From Paramoeba atlantica (Eukaryota; Protista; Discosea): 43,322 bases of DNA. Of the stretch, positions 1 through 11,298 are shown in pieces. Positions within the stretch are counted from its first letter, which is position 1; each line of letters starts with the position of its first letter. The stretch covers positions 1-43,322 of the forward strand of contig CDRNVI010000215.1 in assembly GCA_977017575.1 (NCBI GenBank), read 5' to 3'. A program made the translations under genes and the position numbers. Below the pieces are notes generated by a model. The model made no database searches and was not told the origin of the DNA. It saw only the letters and a list, made by a program, of their open reading frames with translations.

Positions 1-2060
1 TTCAATATCCATCACTTGAATCCGATGATTCAAAGTATCAGAAATAACAATATTCCCATCTCTATCAACTACAACACTGTAAGGTTCATCAAATTGACCT
101 TCAGAAGAACCTTTTGAACCAAAAGAACGAAGAAAAGATCCATCATTATCAAACACTTGAATTCGATGATTGTAAGTATCACAAACAATAATTCTACCTT
201 CTTCATCCACATCCACACCACATGGTCCCTCAAACTGACCATCTTCAGAACCTTTTGATCCAAAAGATTTGATCAATTTTCCTTCTTTGTTTAATATTAC
301 AACTCGGCGAAAACCTTGAGACCAATCAAGAACAACAATTTGATCATTCAATCCAATTGAAACATCAGAAGGTTTCAACTGAAGCGAATCAATTGTTTTC
401 TGAATTGTTGATTCAATCATCTCATTTCCTTCTTTATCTCTCACTCTCAATCCACCTGCCAACCCTTCACAAATAAAAATATTCCCATCACTGTTCACAC
501 TCACTCCAAAAGGTTGATTCTTCAAAGGAAAAGAAGAAACAACACGAAAAGAATCACCACCACCATCACAACAAATCACTCCTTTCTTTGGTTTTGAGAA
601 TAACCCAACAACACCTCCTTCAGAAACAATATCATTTGCAGTTTGAAGAAGAATTAAAAAAAGTTGATCATCAAAAAAGAGAGAAACATCACAATCAGTT
701 GTTTTTGTTGTTGTTGTTGTTGTTGTTGGTGTGTTGGATAAACGAATAATTGAATCTTTTCTTATTCTCAAATCTTCTTTCTCCAATTCTATTTCTTTCT
801 TTTCAATTCTTTTCTTTTCTAATTTCTTTTCTAATTCTTTCATTTCTTTTTCAATCCTTTTTTTTTTCTTTTCAATCAAAATCAATCTTTTCTCCAATTT
901 ATCTCCCACCTTTACAACTTCATTTCTCTTCTCTAAAATACTTTCTTCAATCGATTTCACTTTCTTTCTGTAATCATCATGAGTTTCAAGAACACAACAA
1001 ATACAAACAAAAGAAGAACATTCAAAACAATATCCACAAATTGTTTCAGATGGGTGTTTTGAACATTCTCTCTTCTTCAAATTCTCCAATCCCATCACTC
1101 CCACCACCCCTCCCTCCTCTTCCAATCTTCTTCTTCCACCTCCTCCCTCAACACTATTTCTTTCAGATCGTTTGTGATTTCGAGAGAAAATAGAAGAAGA
1201 GTGAGATGGATCACAAGAATCACAAAGAAAGACTTTACAATCAGAACAAAACATTTGAATTTGTTCTCCACACGTTTTGAAATTCACACATCTTCTTTGA
1301 ACTTCTCCTGATTTGTTTTTTTTGTTGTTTCAAAAAAAAGAAAATAAATTAGTGAAGGTGGGAGGGGGTGGGTGGGTTGAATTCCCCAAAAAAGAAAAAA
1401 GAAAGATAAAAAAAAAGAAAAAAAGAAGAAACCTGAAGTTGATTGATTGGAGAAAGAGATCAAATTTGAAGAAAGAAGAATATCAACCGTTTCTGGAATC
1501 AAAAAATTCATCGAAAATGCTTCAACGCTTTCACATTCGTTCATTTCGCGACACACTGGACATTTCACTCCTTTCAAAGAAGGGAAAAAAGGGGAAGAAG
1601 AGGAAGAGGAAGATGAGGGAGAAGAAGGAGAAGAAGAGGGAGAAGAAGAAGAAGAAGAAGAAGAAGAAGGAGATGAAGAAGGGTTTTGAAGAAGTAAGAG
1701 TTTGTTAAGGCAAAGAGAACAAAAAGAAAGACCACAACAAGGTAACAATCTTGGTTCTTTTTCCCAATTCATCAATTCCAAACATATTCCACATTCAAAT
1801 CTTTTCTTTTTCTCTTCTTCTTCCTTTCTTCTCCTTTTCATCATCTCTTCTTCTTGTTCTCTTTCTCCTTCTTCCTCTCGCTCTTTTCTTTGTTGTTCTT
1901 GATCTTCTATTTCTTGTTCTTCTCCAACATCACTTTCATCATCATCACCAGATTGTTCTTCTTTCTTTTCTTTTCTTGTTTTTCGTTTCTCTTTCTCATT
2001 CTCACTCTCCACAATCTCTATTCCTTCTCTCTTTTTCTCTCCTTTTTTTCCTTCACTCAT
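1..2060 (-). CDS. G1: TRIM-NHL-like protein (RING-Bbox1-Bbox2-CC-NHL), 3' end runs off the window
   Basis: ATG at 2060 (MSEGKK). Exon 1 is 2060-1433, intron 1432-1308, exon 2 1307-<1. Exon 2 was hand-translated as open for the whole length (CVNFKTCGE...CSKHPSE...GQFEGPCGVDV...DTLNHRIQVMDIE). The last B-box2 His is replaced by Tyr (HDDY). Confidence 0.9.
1308..1432 (-). other. G1 intron (125 nt, phase 1)
   Basis: TCAG|gt...cactaat...aaaaacaaatcag|GA; splicing restores the frame. Confidence 0.85.
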
Positions 2061-2676
2061 TTTGTTTTCACGTCCCACCCAACAACAAAAAAGGAAACAA
2101 CTTTTGAAAAGAGAAGAACAAAAACACAAGTAAAATAGATGAAAGATCTCTGGGTGAAACAATAAATAATCAATAACCACAACACACACACAAACAAAAA
2201 GAGAACAAAATGATAAAACACACACACATAAAAACAAGAAAAAAGAAGGATTCAAAGATAAAAATAAAAATCAAAACCTTTTTCTCAAAATTTCCAAAAA
2301 AAAAAAAGAGAGAGGATACAAAAAAAACAAGCAGTATTTAGAAGAGGGAGAAGAAGAAAACGAAAATGTCCAGAGACTCCTCCTAACTCACAATCCACAA
2401 CACCCCCACAACAACAACAACAACAAAAAAAAGCCTGAATAATTCACAAAAGAGAGAGAGAAAAACCTTGTCAACAAAAGATCCAAAAAAAAGACAAAGA
2501 GAGAAAGAGAGAAAGAGAAAAAGAGAAAAAAAAAAAACACAAAAATGAAAAATGGCAAGAGGAGAGAAGAGGAGGGACAAAAAAATGGATAAAAAAATGA
2601 GAAAAAAGAAGACTCTGAAAGAAATCAAAACTGTGAGGCAAATCAGAACCAAAATGAAATGTCCAAATGAAATACA

Positions 2677-2709
<33 letters not shown>

Positions 2710-2953
2710 GAGTGCAAAACAAAATCTCAGCAAAGAAGAGAAACAACAGAAAGATGGGAAGAAGAGAAGAAACAAAAATAAAAGAGGATGTTGTCCAAAA
2801 AGAGGAACAACAAAAACTCAAAAAAAGAGATTCAACGAGAACTGAAATCAAGAGAGAGACAGACAGAACAAAAGGAAAAAAAAAACAGAAAGAAAGAAAG
2901 AACAAGAGAAGAGACAAAGAAAAAACGACAGAAAAAAAGGAAGGATACGAAAA

Positions 2954-2978
2954 GAGGATTCAAAACTTTTTAAACCTC
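2954..2978 (-). promoter_or_regulatory. Conserved 25-nt hairpin-like element of head-to-head spacer, copy P1
   Basis: GAGGTTTAAAAAGTTTTGAATCCTC on the minus strand; one copy per divergent gene pair. Function is inferred, not shown. Confidence 0.45.
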
Positions 2979-3639
2979 TGAAAAAAACACACCAAAAACT
3001 TTTTCTTTTTCGTTTCCTCTCTTTTCTCTTTTCTCTTCTCTTCTTTCTTGTTCTTGTTCTTCTCCTTCTTCTTCTCCTTCTTCTCCTTCTTCTCCTCCTT
3101 CTCCTTCTTCTTCTCCTTCTTCTCCTTCTTCTTCTTCTCTCAACAATTTCTTTTCAAGATCCTTCTTTTGAATCCTTCTCTTTTGGATCTCTCCTTCTCT
3201 CATTTTTTCGTTTGTTTGGAGATCTCTTTCTTTCTCTTGGTGTTTCATATTTTGGACCCCTTTTTGGATTATCTTGTTTTTGTCTCTTTTCTTCTCTTCT
3301 CTTCACTTTGCATTCGTGACTTTTTGGGAGATGTTTGTATTTTTACTTTCTTTCTTTTTTCTCTTTGTCCCATTTTTGAAAAATTTGTTAGAACCTTTCT
3401 CTCTCTCTTCTTTCTCTCTCTCTCTCTCTTTGTAGGACATTCTCTAAGAATTGGTTCTCTCTCCATTGTTCCTCTTTTTATTCCTTTTGTTTTTTTTTTG
3501 GGGGGGGGGTAGTACCAGTCTCTTTTGTGTGTGTGTGATAGTTTTTTGGTTTGATTTTTTCTTTTTCCTTTTTTCCTTTTTATTTCTTATTTTTTGTTGT
3601 ATTGATTTCTTTTTCCTACACAGAGAGAAGAGAGACAAA

Positions 3640-5953
3640 ATGAGTGAAAAAAGAGGAAAGAGAAAAAGAGGAGGAGGAAAACAAGGAATGGAATTAGAAA
3701 GTGAGAAAAAGAGAAAAACCAAAAGAGGAAAGAAAGAGAAAGAAGAAGAAGATGTTGTTGTTGTAATTGAAGATGACAATGATGATGAAATAGAACAAAG
3801 AGAAAGAAGAAATGAGGATGTTCTTGGAAAGAGAGAACAACAAGTGGGACAAAATGAAGGAGAAGGAGAAGGAGAAAGAGAAAGAGAAGAAGAGATGATG
3901 AAAAGAAGAAGAAAGGAAGAAGAAGAGAAAAAGAAAAGATTTGAATGTGGAATATGTTTGGAATTGATGAATTGGGAAAAAGAACCAAGGTTGTTACCTT
4001 GTTGTGGTCTTTCTTTTTGTTCTCTTTGTCTCCACAAACTCTTTCTTCTTCAAAATCCTTCCTCCTCTTCCTCTTCTTCTTCTTCTTCTTCCCCATCTTC
4101 TCCCTCTTCCTCTCCCTCTTTGAAAGGAGTGAAATGTCCAGTTTGTAGAGAAATGAACGAATGTGAAAGCATTGAAACACTTTCGATGAATTATTTGATT
4201 CCAGAAACAATTGATGTTCTTCTTTCTTCAAATTTGATCTCTTTATCCCAACAATCAACTTCAGGTTTCTCCATTTTGATTTTTTTTTTCTTTCTTTTCT
4301 TTTGCTGCTTTTGAACTGAGCCCAAGACCACTCCTAAACCCAATTCGACCCACCCACCCTCCACCTTCACTGATTTAGTTTCTTCTTTTTTGAACAAAAA
4401 AAACAGGATGTGTGAATTTCGAAACGTGTGGAGAACAAACTCGAATGTTTTGTCCTGATTGTAAAGTCTTTATTTGTGATTCTTGTGATCTGTCTCACTC
4501 CTCTTCTATTTTCACTCGAAATCACAAACGATCTGAAAGAGATGGTGTTGAGGGAGGAGGTGGAAGAAGAAGATTGGAAGAGGAGGAGGGAGGGGTGGTG
4601 GGAGTGATGGGATTGGAGAATTTGAAGAAGAGAGAATGTTCAAAACACCCATCTGAAACAATTTGTGGATATTGTTTTCAATGTTCTTTTTTTGTTTGTG
4701 TTCGTTGTGCTCTTGAAACACATGTTCAACACAATGAGAAAGTGAAATCGATTGAAGAAAGTATTTTAGAGAAAAGGAATGAAGTCGTAAAGATTGGAGA
4801 TAAATTGGAGAAAAGATTGATTGAGATTGAAAAGAAAAGAAAAAGAATTGAAAAAGAAATGAAAGAATTAGAAAAGAAATTAGAAAAGAAAAGAATTGAA
4901 AAGAAAGAAATAGAATTGGAGAAAGAAGATTTGAGAATCAGAAAAGATTCAATTATTCGTTTATCCAACACACCAACAACAACAACAACAACAACAACTG
5001 ATTGTGATGTTTCTCTCTTTTTTGATGATCAACTTTTTTCAACTCTTCTTCAAACTGCAACTGATATTGTTTCTGAAGGAGGTGTTGTTGGATTTGGAAA
5101 GAAAGGAGTGATTTGTTGTGATGGTGGTGGTGATTCTTTTCGTTTTGTTTCTTCTTTTCCTTTGAAGAATCAACCTTTTGGAGTGAGTGTGAACAGTGAT
5201 GGGAATATTTTTATTTGTGAATGGGAGGGTGGATTGAGAGTGAGAGATAAAGAAGGAAATGAGATGACTGAATCAACAATTCAGAAAACAATTGATTCAC
5301 TTGAGTTGAAACCTGTTGATGTTTCAATTGGATTGAATGATCAAATTGTTGTTCTTGATCATTCTCAAGATTCTCGGAGAGTTGTAATCTTAAACAAAGA
5401 AGGAGAATTGATCAAATCTTTTGGATCAAGAGGTTCTAAAGATGGTCAGTTTAATATTCCATATGGTGTGGATGTGGATGAAGAAGGTAGAATTATTGTT
5501 TGTGATACTTTGAATCATCGAATTCAAGTATTTGATAATGATGGATCTTTTCTTCATTCTTTTGGTTCATTTGGTTCTTTTGAAGGTCAATTTAATATAC
5601 CTTCTGGTGTTGCAGTTGATCGAGATGGGAATATTGTTATTTCTGATTGTAAAAATCATCGGATTCAAGTGATGGATATTGAAGGGAATTTTATTCGATG
5701 TTTTGGAACAAAAGGTTCAGATGATTCTCAATTTGATTATCCAAAAGGTGTTGATGTGGATGGGGAAGGTAGAATTGTTGTTTGTGAGCAAGGAAATAGA
5801 AGAGTGAGTGTGTTTGAGAAAGATGGAACATTTCTTTTTTCATTTGGTCAATCTCACATGGGAGATCCTTATGGGGTTGTTATTGATTCATTTGGAACAA
5901 TTATTGTTTCAGATTGGGAGAAAAAGTCAATTGAATTTTGGAAATCATTTTGA
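3640..5953 (+). CDS. G2: TRIM-NHL-like protein, 723 aa spliced
   Basis: Exons 3640-4264 and 4407-5953 join in frame (STS-G-CVNFETC). RING CGIC...PCCGLSFCSLC...CPVC; B-box1 CPDC..CDSC...H..H; B-box2 CSKH..CFQC..CVRC..HVQH; E/K coiled coil; NHL repeats (GQFxxPxGV.VD..G.I.V.D..NHRIQVF). Confidence 0.92.
4265..4406 (+). other. G2 intron (142 nt, phase 1)
   Basis: TCAG|gt...cactgat...aaaaaaaacag|GA; splicing restores the frame. Confidence 0.88.
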
Positions 5954-6613
5954 AAAGAGGAGGTTTTTTCATTTTCTTTTTTTTTGTTTCTTTTTTTGAG
6001 AGAAGTGAAAGGTGTGTTCTTTGTTTGTTTATTTTTTTTCTTTTTTCTTTTTTTGATTTTCATTTAATTTTATTTTTTTATTTTTGTGTACTTTTTTTTC
6101 TTGTTCTTTGGAGGAAAATGAAAGAAATTAATTTTTTTTTTCTCTTTCCCCCTCTTTTTAGTTTTAGTCTCTGTTGTGGTGTGGTGTGGTGTGGTGTGGT
6201 CTTCTTCTTTTCCAATCACCTTCTTCTTCTTCAATTTCGATCCGATTTTTATCTCTTTCGTTCCCTCCCTTTTCTTTTCTTTTTAGTCTCTTCTGGTGCA
6301 CAAAATGTTGGGGTGTTCTTTTTGTTCCAATTTTTCGCTTTGATTTTATTCTCCTTCTTTCAAACCTTTTTTTTCTGATTTGCTCCACAGACCAATCATG
6401 ACTCTCTCTTTCTCTCTCTCCTCTCCTCCTCTCCCTTACTTCACTCTCCCTCTCTCTGTTTCTTATATCTCTTTCTTATTCTCTCTCATTCTTTTCTTTC
6501 TCAATTTTCTTTGGTTTTGGTTGGGATGGGTGAGAATTTTCTCAATTTCTTGATCCTTTTGTGGAATACTATTTTTCAATTTTTTTGTTAATTAAAATTT
6601 CGTTTTTTCCAAA

Positions 6614-6780
6614 AATTGTGTTTCTCTCATTCAATCAACCAAAAAAAAATGAATTCCTCCTCTCCCCACTCCCAACAACAACCAAAAAAAAGAAAAAAAA
6701 AGGTTGTTTTTGAGATTTGAAAGAGTGTTGTTGAGTTTGGGTATTATTTATTCAACCAAATAAAAAAGATGAATCAACAA
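6614..6780 (+). repeat. Conserved asymmetric core of tail-to-tail spacer, copy T1 (approximate bounds)
   Basis: aattgtgtttctctcattcaatcaacc...gaattcctcctctc...gagtttgggtattatt...gatgaatcaac. Homologs at about 12885-13020 (-), 20350-20505 (-), 27505-27630 (+) and 33330-33505 (-). Confidence 0.85.
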
Positions 6781-7392
6781 AAAGAACATAAAACAAAAAA
6801 CAAGGTACAAAAAAAAAAGGAACAAAAATTTCAACAAAAAGACAGAGCAACAGAAGAATATGCAAAAAAATATTGCAAAAAAGAATCATTTCTTTTTCAC
6901 AAAAACAAAATTTTGAAGAAAACAAAAAAAAAGAAAAATAATTTAAATCAAAAAAAGAGAAGAGGAAGAGAAAGAGAGAGAACACAAAAACATAAAACAC
7001 ACACAACAACAATAAAACACAAAAATGAAGAGGAGAAACAAAATCAAAGAAAAGTGTTTTTGAAGAAGAATAAGGATCAAAAATTGAAACAAAAATTGAA
7101 GAAGAATGATGATGATTTTGGGGGGAAGAAGAAGACCACACCACAACAGAGACTAAAAAGGAGAAAAGGGAGGAGGGGAGGAAGGGGAGGGGAGGAAGGG
7201 GAGGAAGGAGGGGAAAAGAGGAGAGAAGAGAAAAAATATTAATTTCTTGTTTTTAATTTTCTTCAAACAAAAAAGGAAACAAAAAGAAAAAATAAAGAAA
7301 AAATGATACAAAATAATAAAATAAAACAAATCAAAATCAAAAAAAGAAAAAAAGAGAAAAAAAAGAGAAAAGAAAAAAACCTCCATCTCTTT

Positions 7393-9584
7393 TCAAAATA
7401 ATTTCCAAAATTCAATTGACTTTTTCTCATAATCTGAAACAATAATTGTTCCAAATGAATCAATAACAACCCCAATAGGAGTCTTCATGTGATGTTTACC
7501 AAATGAAAAAAGAAATGCTCCATCTTTCTCAAACACACTCACTCTTCCATTTCCTCCATCACAAACAACAATTCTACCTTCCCCATCCACATCAACACCT
7601 TTTGGATAGTCCAATTGAGAATCACCTGAACCTCTTGTTCCAAAACATCGAATAAAATTCCCTTCAATATCCATCACTTGAATCCGATGATTCAAAGTAT
7701 CAGAAATAACAATATTCCCATCTCTATCAACTACAACACTCTGAGGTTGATCAAATTGACCTTCAGGAGAACCAAATGAACCAAAAGAACGAAGAAAAGA
7801 TCCATCATTATCAAACACTTGAATTCGATCATTGTAAGTATCACAAACAATAATTCTACCTTCTTCATCCACATCCACACCACATGGACTCTTAAACTGA
7901 CCATCTTTAGAACCAACTGATCCAAAAGATTTGATCAATTCTCCTTCTTTGTTTAAGATTACAACTCTCCGAGAATCTTGAGACCAATCAAGAACAACAA
8001 TTTGATCATTCAATCCAATTGAAACATCAACAGGTTTCAACTCAAGTGAATCAATTGTTTTCTGAATTGTTGATTCAGTCATCTCATTTCCTTCTTTATC
8101 TCTCACTCTCAATCCACCCTCCCATTCACAAATAAAAATAATCCCATCACTGTTCACACTCACTCCATAAGGTCCGTTCTTCAAAGGAAAAGAAGAAACA
8201 ACACGAAAAGAATCATCACCACCATCACAACAAATCACTCCTTTCTTCCGAAATCCGACAACTCCTTCAGAAACAATATCAGTTGCAGTTTGAAGAAGAA
8301 TTGAAAAAAGTTGATCATCAAAAAAGAGAGAAACATCACAATCAGTTGTTGTTGTTGTTGTTGTTGTTGGGGTGTTGGATAAACGAATAATTGAATCTTT
8401 TCTGATTCTCAAATCTTCTTTCTCTAATTCTATTTCTTTCTTTTCAATTCTTTTCTTTTCTAATTTCCCTTCTAATTCTTTCATTTCTTTTTCAATTCTT
8501 TTTCTTTTCTTTTCAATCAAAATCAATCTTTTCTCCAATTTATCTCCAATCTTTACAACTTCATTTCTCTTCTCTAAAATACTTTCTTCAATTGATTTCA
8601 CTTTCTCATTGTGTTGAACATGAGTTTCAAGAGCACAACGAATACAAACAAAAGAAGAACATTGAAAACAATATCCACAAATTGTTTCAGATGGGTGTTT
8701 TGAACATTCCCTCTTCTTCAAATTCTCCAATCCCATCACTCCCACCACCCCTCCCTCCTCTTCCAATCTTCTTCTTCCACCTCCTCCCTCAACACCATCT
8801 CTTTCAGATCGTTTGTGATTTCGAGAGAAAATAGAAGAGGAGTGAGACAGATCACAAGAATCACAAATAAACATCTCACATTGGGAACAATACATTCGAG
8901 TTTGTTCTCCACACGTTTCAAAATTCACACATTCTGATCCATCTCCTGTTGTTTTGTTTTTCAAAAAACAGGTTTTTTCAACTTTGAAATAACTTTCTCA
9001 CAATAAAAGAAAGAATGAATGAAAGAAAGAAAACCTGATTGATTGGAGAAAGAGATCAAATTTGAAGAAAGAAGAACATCAATCGTTTCTGGAATCAAAT
9101 AATTCATCGAAAGTGTTTCAACTCTTTCACATTCGTTCACTTCTCTACAAACTGGACATTTCAGTCCTTTCAAAGAAGGGGGAGAAGAAGAAGAGGAAGA
9201 AGAAGGAGAGAAAGAAGAAGAAGAAGAAGAGGAAGGATTTTGAAGAAGAAAGAGTTTGTGGAGACAAAGAGAACAAAAAGAAAGACCACAACAAGGTAAC
9301 AACCTTGGTTCTTTTTCCCAACTCATCAATTCCAAACATATTCCACATTCAAATCTTTTCTTTTTCTCTTCTTCTTCCTTTCTCCTTCTTTTTATCATCT
9401 CTTCTTCTTGTTCTCTTTCTCTTTCTTCCTCTCTTTCTCCTTCATTTTGTCCCACTTGTTGTTCTCTCTTTCCAAGAACATCTTCATTTCTTCTTTCTCT
9501 TTGTTCTTTTTCATCAACATTGTCATCTTCAATTACAACAACTTCTCCCCCTCCTCTTTTTCTCTTTCCTCTATTTTCACTCAT
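7393..9584 (-). CDS. G3: TRIM-NHL-like protein, 700 aa spliced
   Basis: Exons 9584-9035 and 8945-7393 join in frame; same domain motifs as G2. Confidence 0.92.
8946..9034 (-). other. G3 intron (89 nt, phase 1)
   Basis: TCAG|gt...aaaacaacag|GA; splicing restores the frame. Confidence 0.85.
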
Positions 9585-10382
9585 TTTGTCTCTCTCTGTG
9601 TGGGAAAAAGAAATCAATCAACAAAAAATAAGAAATAAAAAGGAAAAAAGAAAAAATCAAACCAAAAAACTATCACACACAAAAGAGACTGGGACCACCC
9701 CCCCAAAAAAAACAAAAGGAATAAAAAGAGGAACAATGGAGAGAGAACCAATTCTTAGAGAATGTCCTACAAAGAGATAGAAGAGAGAGAGAGAGAGAGA
9801 GAAGTAGAGAGAAAGAGGTTCTACCAATTTTTTTAAAAATGGGACAAAAAGAGAAAAAGGAAAGAAAGTAAAAATACAAACATCTCCCAAAAAGTCACGA
9901 AAGATTTTCTTCTTTTGCAAAGTGAAGAGAAGAGAAGAAAAGAGACAAAAACAAGATAATCCAAAAAGACTCCAAAATATGAAACACCAAGAGAAAGAAA
10001 GAGATCTCCAAACAAACGAAAAAAATGAGAGAAGGAGAGATCCAAAAGAGAAGAAGAAATCCTCAATCCAAAAATCTTCAAAGATGGTGACACGAAAGAT
10101 CCCCAAAATGAAAGGAGAGAGAGAGAGAGAGAGAGTCCAAAACAAGAGGTCGAAGAGAGCCCAAATGAATGAGAGAGAGAGAGAGAAGGGAAGAAGAGGG
10201 ACAAAAAAAAAAAGGAATGAAAGAGATTAAAAACGAGGTCTCTCCTTTCCAAAAAATGAAACAGGAGAAGGAGAGAAGATAAGGGAGAGAAACAAAAACA
10301 AATTGAGAGAAAGAGGAAGAAGAGAAGAGAGAGAGAAAAGAGGGGAAAAAGTTTTTGGTGTGTTTTTGTGATATTTTTTTCA

Positions 10383-10407
10383 GAGGTTTAAAAAGTTTTG
10401 AATCCTC
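10383..10407 (+). promoter_or_regulatory. Conserved 25-nt hairpin-like element, copy P2
   Basis: Identical to P1, opposite strand. Confidence 0.45.
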
Positions 10408-11298
10408 TTTTCATACCCTTCCTTTTTTTTCTCTTTTTTTTTTCTTTTTCTGTTTTTCTTTGTCTCTTCTCTTGTTCTTTCTTTCTTTCTGTTTTTTTTT
10501 TCCTTTTGTTCTGTCTCTCTCTTGATTTCAGTTCTCGTTGAATCCCTTTTTGAGTTTTTGTTGTTCCTCTTTTTGGTTCTTCCCATCTTTCTGTTGTTTC
10601 TCTTCTTTTGTGAGATTTTGTTTTGCGCTCCTATTTCATTTGGACATTTCATTTTGGTTCTGATTTGCCTCACAGTTTTGATTTCTTTCAGAGTCTTCTT
10701 TTTTCTCATTTTTTTCTCCATTTTTTTTGTCCCTCCTCTTCTCTCCTCTTGCCATTTTTCATTTTTGTGTTTTCCTCTCTTCTCTTTTTCTCTCTTTCTC
10801 TCTTTCTCTCTTTCTCTTTTTTGGATCTTTTGTTGACAAGGTTTTTCTCTCTCTCTTTTGTGAATTATTCAGGCTTTCTTTTGTTGTTGTTGTTGTTGTT
10901 GTTGTGGGGGGTGTTGTGGATTGTGATTTAGGAGGAGTCTCTAGACATTTTCGTTTTCTTCTTTTTTTCTTCTTCATTTTGTTGTATTGTTCCCCTCTTT
11001 TGTTTTTTGGAGAGAGTCTTCTCTTCTCTTTTCTCTTCTCTTTTGTATGTGTGGATTTGGGTGGGAGTCGTTTTGGTTTGATTTTTTTCATTTTTATACT
11101 TTCATTTTCCTTTATTTTCTTTTTCTTTTTCTTTTTATTGAAAAATGTGTGGTTTTAATTGTTTTTCCTCCCCTCACATTCTCTTCTTTGTTTTTTTTTT
11201 TGAATTGTTTCACTTCTCACTCTTGTTTTTTGCTCTCACTTTTCTTCCTTTTTTATGCTGTTGATGTTGATTTCTTTTTCCTTCCACAGAGAGACAAA

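Noticed and set aside
69-263. Alternate-frame ORFs inside NHL regions (MDQKVLKMVSL..., also 7731, 12026, 19330, 26554)
   Set aside because: Short shadows of the main frame with variable stops.
731-973. Recurrent about 80-aa ORFs starting MLDKRIIESF (also 4726, 8372, 15094, 18626, 22028, 25850, 29103, 31975)
   Set aside because: Exact antisense of the E/K coiled-coil codons; their conservation is fully explained by the sense gene.
2383-3512. Many F/L/S-rich or K/R/E-rich ORFs in spacers that resemble membrane or basic proteins
   Set aside because: Products of T-rich and GA-rich low-complexity DNA; frames and lengths are not conserved between homologous spacers.
5953-7393. Regularly recurring spacer motifs suggesting a CRISPR array or transposon termini
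   Set aside because: Repeats are kilobases apart, no cas, transposase or RT gene is present, and no target-site duplications were seen; they are co-duplicated gene flanks.
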